64,000 bases of DNA, taken from NCBI GenBank assembly GCA_050953065.1, contig JBMNLZ010000001.1, positions 64,001 through 128,000 on the forward strand, in the 5' to 3' direction. Numbering within the stretch: position 1 is the stretch's first letter; every line of letters begins with the position of its first letter. Made by a program: the position numbers and the translations under genes. The notes below the pieces were generated by a model. That model was not told where the DNA came from, ran no database searches, and was given only the letters and a program-made list of their open reading frames with translations. Of this stretch, positions 59,585 through 64,000 are shown piece after piece. This stretch comes from Bacilli bacterium. GTDB lineage: Bacteria > Bacillota_I > Bacilli_A > ML615J-28 > CAG-698.

Positions 59585-59998
59585 TCATTTTTTAATATTC
59601 CTTTTTCTTTGTGGAGAGCGAATTCTTTTTTGTCTAAGAATATTGTATATAGTACTTCTAGACATAGTATAGCCTTTTTCTTCTTGAATAACTTTTGAAA
59701 ATTGCGTAAAATTCATACCTTTATAATTTTTTCTATAGGTAGAAGCTATATCTTGTCTAATTTCTTCATCATAAGTATTAATTGGCTTATTGAATCTATT
59801 TTTATGTATAATTCCCATATCGCCATTTAATAAAATTTCACGTTTTAAGTTTCTAATTTGTCTAGGAGTCACCTTAAGCATTTTGGCAGCTTTAGGCCCA
59901 TTAATTTCTTTGTTGATTAATCGTTTAATAACTCGTAGTTTTTTTCTCTCTTCTTTAGTTAATTTTGGTTGTTTTACTTTAATTACATATGAATTCAT
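59585..59998 (-). CDS. 137-aa double-HTH protein resembling the N-terminal DNA-binding region of IS1202/ISNCY-type transposases; no catalytic domain
   Basis: 'AAKMLKVTPRQIRNLK...IIHKNRFNKP...YKGMNFTQF...SRSTIYNIL..RIRSP'; SD GAGGTG; ATG 59998. Confidence 0.7.
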   Translation of the reverse strand: MNSYVIKVKQPKLTKEERKKLRVIKRLINKEINGPKAAKMLKVTPRQIRNLKREILLNGDMGIIHKNRFNKPINTYDEEIRQDIASTYRKNYKGMNFTQFSKVIQEEKGYTMSRSTIYNILRQKRIRSPQRKRNIKK

Positions 59999-60149
59999 TT
60001 TACACCTCGTTAATATTATATTTAATATGATAACACAAATGTTAAAAAAAATCAACTTTTAAATATGTCATCAAATAATACATTAAAAATGTTGCAAAAA
60101 AACTAATTTTGTTATATAATAATTTAGATAAATATTTTAGGAGGAAAAC

Positions 60150-60305
60150 ATGCGAGTTACTTTTTTGATGAGATGTACTGTATGTGGAGAAGAAAACTAT
60201 TTAACTGAAAAGAATAAAAAAACTACTCCTGATAGATTGGAACAAAATAAATTTTGCCCAAAATGTCGTAAACAAACATTACATAAAGAAAAAACGAAAA
60301 AATAA
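60150..60305 (+). CDS. rpmG: 50S ribosomal protein L33 (zinc-binding form), absent from the ORF track
   Basis: MRVTFLMRCTVCGEENYLTEKNKKTTPDRLEQNKFCPKCRKQTLHKEKTKK; SD AGGAGG. Confidence 0.97.
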   Translation: MRVTFLMRCTVCGEENYLTEKNKKTTPDRLEQNKFCPKCRKQTLHKEKTKK

Positions 60306-60330
60306 AAAGGCATCTTAAATGCCTTTTTAT
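60304..60330. terminator. Bidirectional terminator
   Basis: AAAAAGGCAT-CTTAA-ATGCCTTTTT. Confidence 0.8.
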
Positions 60331-61553
60331 TTTGTTTTTAACTTCTCAATAATTTCATAGCGCTCTTTTAATGATTCTTCATATTTTGAAGTAGTTTTTG
60401 GGGTATAATATTTTTTATTTTTTATTTCATTAGGTAAATATTGTTGATCTACCCAGGCACCAGGAAAATCATGTGGGTATTGATAACTTTTTTGATTAGG
60501 GAATTGTGAAGACATTATTTTTAAATGTATTGGCAAAGGTCCCGAATTTCCTTTTTCAAGATCTTCTATAGCACTTGAAATAGCTAAATATGCGCTATTA
60601 GATTTGGGTGATAAAGCCATTTCAATTACTATTACTGATAAAGGTAGCCTTGCTTCAGGCATTCCCAGTTCTAAAGTAGCGTCAACTGCAGCTTTTAGTT
60701 TAGGACCTAAATTAGGGTTTGCAAGACCTATATCTTCATAGCAAATTGCGTATAGTCGTCTAATTAGAGGTAATAAATCATCAGCAAAAAGAAGTTTAGC
60801 TAGATAATGAAGACTTGCATGGACATCGCTACCCCTAATAGACTTTTGTAAGCCGCTAAGAGTCTCATAGTAATTGTCTTCGTTTTTATCTATATTTAGA
60901 GAAGGTAATAGAAGTAGTGATTTTACATTTTCTAGTGTTAAAGTAGTAGAATTATAGTCTAAAAAAATTAGTTCAATATTATTTAACAAAGTTCTAGCAT
61001 CACCATTTGATATACTGATTAAATAATCTTTTGCTTCATCAGTAATTATAGTATCCTTTGCAACTTCTTGTATACCTTTTATAAAAATTTCATTTAAATT
61101 TTCAGAACTTAAATCATTTAATTTAATTAAAATACATCTAGATCTAATTGCAGGATTGACTGAATGATAAGGATTTATAGTTGTAATTCCTATCATTGTT
61201 ATGATACCTTCCTCAATTATTGGTAAAAGATAATCTTGAACATCTTTCTTCATACGATGAAGTTCATCAATAATAACTATTTTATTAGTTTCATCGGCAG
61301 TATCAACAATTTTTTTTAACATCGCTTTGTTGTCAGTTGAAGCGTTGAAAACATGGTATGGTAAATTAAGTGAGTTGCATAAAGCAAAGGCTATGCTTGT
61401 TTTGCCTGTTCCAGGATTTCCAAATAATATCATTGACATTATTTTTCTAGATGATATCATTTTGTTTAATACTTTATTTTTACCAATAATGTGTTCTTGA
61501 CCAATAATATCTTCAATTTTTTTAGGACGTAATTTTACTGCTAAAGGTTCCAT
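60327..61553 (-). CDS. rarA: Replication-associated recombination protein A (RarA/MgsA)
   Basis: PLAVKLRP, GNPGTGKT, IDELHR, KSIRGSD, EDIGLA, YQYPHD. Confidence 0.95.
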   Translation of the reverse strand: MEPLAVKLRPKKIEDIIGQEHIIGKNKVLNKMISSRKIMSMILFGNPGTGKTSIAFALCNSLNLPYHVFNASTDNKAMLKKIVDTADETNKIVIIDELHRMKKDVQDYLLPIIEEGIITMIGITTINPYHSVNPAIRSRCILIKLNDLSSENLNEIFIKGIQEVAKDTIITDEAKDYLISISNGDARTLLNNIELIFLDYNSTTLTLENVKSLLLLPSLNIDKNEDNYYETLSGLQKSIRGSDVHASLHYLAKLLFADDLLPLIRRLYAICYEDIGLANPNLGPKLKAAVDATLELGMPEARLPLSVIVIEMALSPKSNSAYLAISSAIEDLEKGNSGPLPIHLKIMSSQFPNQKSYQYPHDFPGAWVDQQYLPNEIKNKKYYTPKTTSKYEESLKERYEIIEKLKTK

Positions 61554-61572
61554 ATTTTTCTCCTGCTAAATA

Positions 61573-61632
61573 ATTTTATCATATAATAAAGAAATTGTAA
61601 ATATTTACAAAATAACCATTTTATGATAAAAT
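61573..61632. promoter_or_regulatory. Mirror-symmetric back-to-back promoters for rarA and the chrA-nad operon
   Basis: Central palindrome TTGTAAATATTTACAA gives a TTTACA -35 on each strand, each 17 nt from a TG-extended TAAAAT -10. Confidence 0.75.
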
Positions 61633-61666
61633 ATAATGAAATAGTACTATTATTAGGAGATTTGCC

Positions 61667-62275
61667 TTGAAAATATATAAACAATTGTTTTTTACTTTTT
61701 TTAAAATAGGTTTATTCACTTTTGGTGGTGGTTTAGCTATGATTCCTTTTATAAAAAATGAAGTTGTAGATAAAAAAAAGTGGATAACAAGTTCAGAAAT
61801 GATAGATGTTATAGCAATCGCTGAATCAACTCCAGGTGTTTTGGCTGTTAATACTGCATCTTACGTAGGCTATAAAATAGGTAAATTTTGGGGAAGTTTT
61901 TTTTCAACTATTGCTGTAATATTACCTTCTTTAATAGTAATCATTATTATATCTTTATTCATCCAAGATTTTTTAGAAATTCAGTTAGTAAAATATGCTT
62001 TTTATGGAATAAAAGCTGGAGTTACAATTTTAATTTTCAGAGCAGCTTTAATTATTTTTAAAAATGCACCAAAAAGCACTTTTGGATATACTCTTATGAT
62101 TTTTGCCTTTCTATTGACATTATTTAATATTTACCAAAGTATTATTTTAATAATTTCTGGTGCTATAATTGGACTTGGCAGTTATATTATAAGTTTAATT
62201 GAATTTAATTTATTAACAAAGAAAATGAATGAATGTGATTTTTTACCTTGCGAATTTGAAGGAGGTAAAAAATAA
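61667..62275 (+). CDS. Short-chain chromate transporter (CHR) subunit
   Basis: FFKIGLFTFGGG, AESTPG; TTG start after SD AGGAG. Confidence 0.9.
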   Translation: MKIYKQLFFTFFKIGLFTFGGGLAMIPFIKNEVVDKKKWITSSEMIDVIAIAESTPGVLAVNTASYVGYKIGKFWGSFFSTIAVILPSLIVIIIISLFIQDFLEIQLVKYAFYGIKAGVTILIFRAALIIFKNAPKSTFGYTLMIFAFLLTLFNIYQSIILIISGAIIGLGSYIISLIEFNLLTKKMNECDFLPCEFEGGKK

Positions 62276-62841
62276 TGCCAATTTTATTAGAGTTATTCTT
62301 AGTTTTTTTTATGATTGGTTTGTTTACAATTGGTGGTGGTTATGCTATGATACCACTAATGGAAAGCGAAACTGTTAGTAGAGGTTGGTTATCATTAGAT
62401 GAATTAATCAAATTTTTTGCTATTGCTGAATCTACACCAGGACCTTTTGCTGTTAATACAGCAACATTAATCGGCTTTCAACAACAAGGAATATTAGGCG
62501 GAATTATTGCTACAACAGGAGTTGTTTTACCATCATTTATAATAATCGTTATAATTGCTAAATACGTGAATCGTTTTATTGAAAATGCATACTTTAACAA
62601 AGCTTTAAGTGGGATTAAAGCAGTAGTTACAGGAATGATTTTTGCAGTAGTTATAGAATTAAGTATTACAAGTGTTTTTTCTAAAGATTTTTTTGAAGAA
62701 GGTTTTGATGTTATTGCACTTTTTATAATGATTGTAATTCTAGTTTTAGTTAGTATTAAAAAGAAATTTAGTCCGATACTTATTATTATAATTTCGGGAG
62801 TTTTAGGAATGATATGCTATTCTTTATGGGGGCTAATATGA
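62275..62841 (+). CDS. Short-chain chromate transporter (CHR) subunit
   Basis: GLFTIGGGY, AESTPGPFAVN, VVLPSF. Confidence 0.9.
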   Translation: MPILLELFLVFFMIGLFTIGGGYAMIPLMESETVSRGWLSLDELIKFFAIAESTPGPFAVNTATLIGFQQQGILGGIIATTGVVLPSFIIIVIIAKYVNRFIENAYFNKALSGIKAVVTGMIFAVVIELSITSVFSKDFFEEGFDVIALFIMIVILVLVSIKKKFSPILIIIISGVLGMICYSLWGLI

Positions 62842-63734
62842 ACATAATCAATGAAATAAAAAAATTAAAAGAAGAAAAAGATGCTCTTATCCTAGCACAT
62901 TATTATCAATTATCTGAAGTTCAAGATATTGCTGATTATGTTGGAGATTCTTTAGAATTAAGCAAACTTGCTAAAGAGACTAATAAAAAGTTAATTGTTT
63001 TATGTGGAGTGCATTTTATGGCAGAAACTGCTAAAATTTTAGCTTACGATAAAAAAGTATTGTTACCAACTAATGCAGGATGCCCTATGGCAGATACTTT
63101 GAATTATGATAAATTAAAAGAATACAAGGATAATAATCCAAATACTGTAATTGTTGGATATGTTAATACTACAGCAAAATGTAAAACTCTTTTTGATGTT
63201 TGTGTTACTAGTAGTAATGCCTTAAAAATAATTAAGCATTTTAAAGGCAAAAAAATCTTATATGTTCCTGATAAAAATTTAGGGAGTTATGCTAATTATT
63301 TAGATAATCTAAATATGAAATTATGGAATGGTTTTTGTTATATTCATAATAATTTAAAAGTTCAAGATGTAATTCAAAAGAAAAAATTATATCCAGATGC
63401 TTTAGTATTAATACATCCTGAAGCACCGCTTGAAATTTTAAAAATGGCTGATTTTGTTGGAAGTACAAAAGAAATCCTAGAATTTAGTAAACAATCTAAT
63501 GCTAAAAATTTTATTATTGGAACTGAAAAAGGAATAATTCATCAATTAAAGAAAGCTTCTCCACAAAAAAACTTCATATTATTAACAGAAGAACTTGTAT
63601 GTAACAGCATGAAGTTAACAACTTTAGAAGATGTGAAAAATGCTTTAATTAAAGAAGAAATTGAAATTAAAATCGATTTTGAAACAAGGAGTAAAGCTCT
63701 TAAAGCATTAGAAAAAATGTTTGAGCTTAGTTAA
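62838..63734 (+). CDS. nadA: Quinolinate synthase
   Basis: LAHYYQ, GDSLEL, CGVHFMAE, AGCPMA, YVNT, HPE, CNSMK. Confidence 0.96.
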   Translation: MNIINEIKKLKEEKDALILAHYYQLSEVQDIADYVGDSLELSKLAKETNKKLIVLCGVHFMAETAKILAYDKKVLLPTNAGCPMADTLNYDKLKEYKDNNPNTVIVGYVNTTAKCKTLFDVCVTSSNALKIIKHFKGKKILYVPDKNLGSYANYLDNLNMKLWNGFCYIHNNLKVQDVIQKKKLYPDALVLIHPEAPLEILKMADFVGSTKEILEFSKQSNAKNFIIGTEKGIIHQLKKASPQKNFILLTEELVCNSMKLTTLEDVKNALIKEEIEIKIDFETRSKALKALEKMFELS

Positions 63735-63738
63735 AAAT

Positions 63739-64000
63739 ATGTTTAAGAAAAAAACAGATGTCTTAATTTTAGGAGCAGGTCTTAGTGGAATCTATACTGC
63801 TCTAAATATTAATAGTGCTTTAAAAGTTACCATTATAAGCAAAGAAAAGTTAGGTGCCAGTAACTCTTCTCTTGCTCAAGGTGGTATTGCAGGAGAACTT
63901 GAGACTGATGAAAAAGTTCTAGCAAAACATATAGAGGATACTTTAAAGGCAGGAACTGATCTTTTTGAAGGTGATGCTATTAAGGCTTTAGTATATGAGG
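63739..64000 (+). CDS. nadB: L-aspartate oxidase (3'-truncated by window edge), absent from the ORF track
   Basis: MFKKKTDVLILGAGLSG...SNSSLAQGGIA...HIEDTLKAG; follows nadA. Confidence 0.9.
   Translation, partial: MFKKKTDVLILGAGLSGIYTALNINSALKVTIISKEKLGASNSSLAQGGIAGELETDEKVLAKHIEDTLKAGTDLFEGDAIKALVYE

Noticed and set aside
1-64000. Genetic code 4 (TGA=Trp)
   Set aside because: TGA terminates conserved genes at the expected lengths (mtnN, hrcA, azlD), and Trp is encoded by TGG

Overview
A very AT-rich, gene-dense chromosomal segment from a low-GC Bacilli/Mollicutes-like bacterium. It uses the standard code (TGA is a stop, Trp is TGG), and almost all genes lie on the + strand. Synteny follows Bacillus-type housekeeping blocks, but the cell-wall genes are missing from their usual places: no ftsL/pbp/mur after mraZ-rsmH, no mreBCD after radC, no mltG before trmR. 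This suggests a wall-less Acholeplasmatales/Izemoplasmatales-like organism (inference). Contents in order: MacB-like and MarR-linked ABC exporters, a PPi-type phosphofructokinase, two large secreted NAGPA-family phosphodiester glycosidase proteins (one fused to a metallophosphatase), truB-ribF-mtnN, rpsO-pnp, RNase P RNA, mraZ-rsmH, T-box-valS-folC-radC, an NprR-like regulator with an HTH-only paralogue, tRNA hydroxylation genes, greA, yqeG-yqeH-yqeK-rsfS, the CIRCE/hrcA-dnaK operon, ispG, rpmG, rarA and chrA-chrA-nadA-nadB. I saw no tRNA, rRNA, CRISPR array or intact mobile element. Best leads: (1) the NprR-like receptor, its HTH-only twin and candidate peptides; (2) an unannotated 17-aa Pro/Arg-rich ORF with a strong SD where ftsL normally lies; (3) an apparently domesticated IS1202/ISNCY transposase N-terminal domain coupled to ispG; (4) two genes whose SD is separated from the ATG by a hairpin; (5) a shared C-terminal amphipathic tail on the two secreted phosphoesterases. 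All family assignments come from motif recognition by eye; no searches were run.
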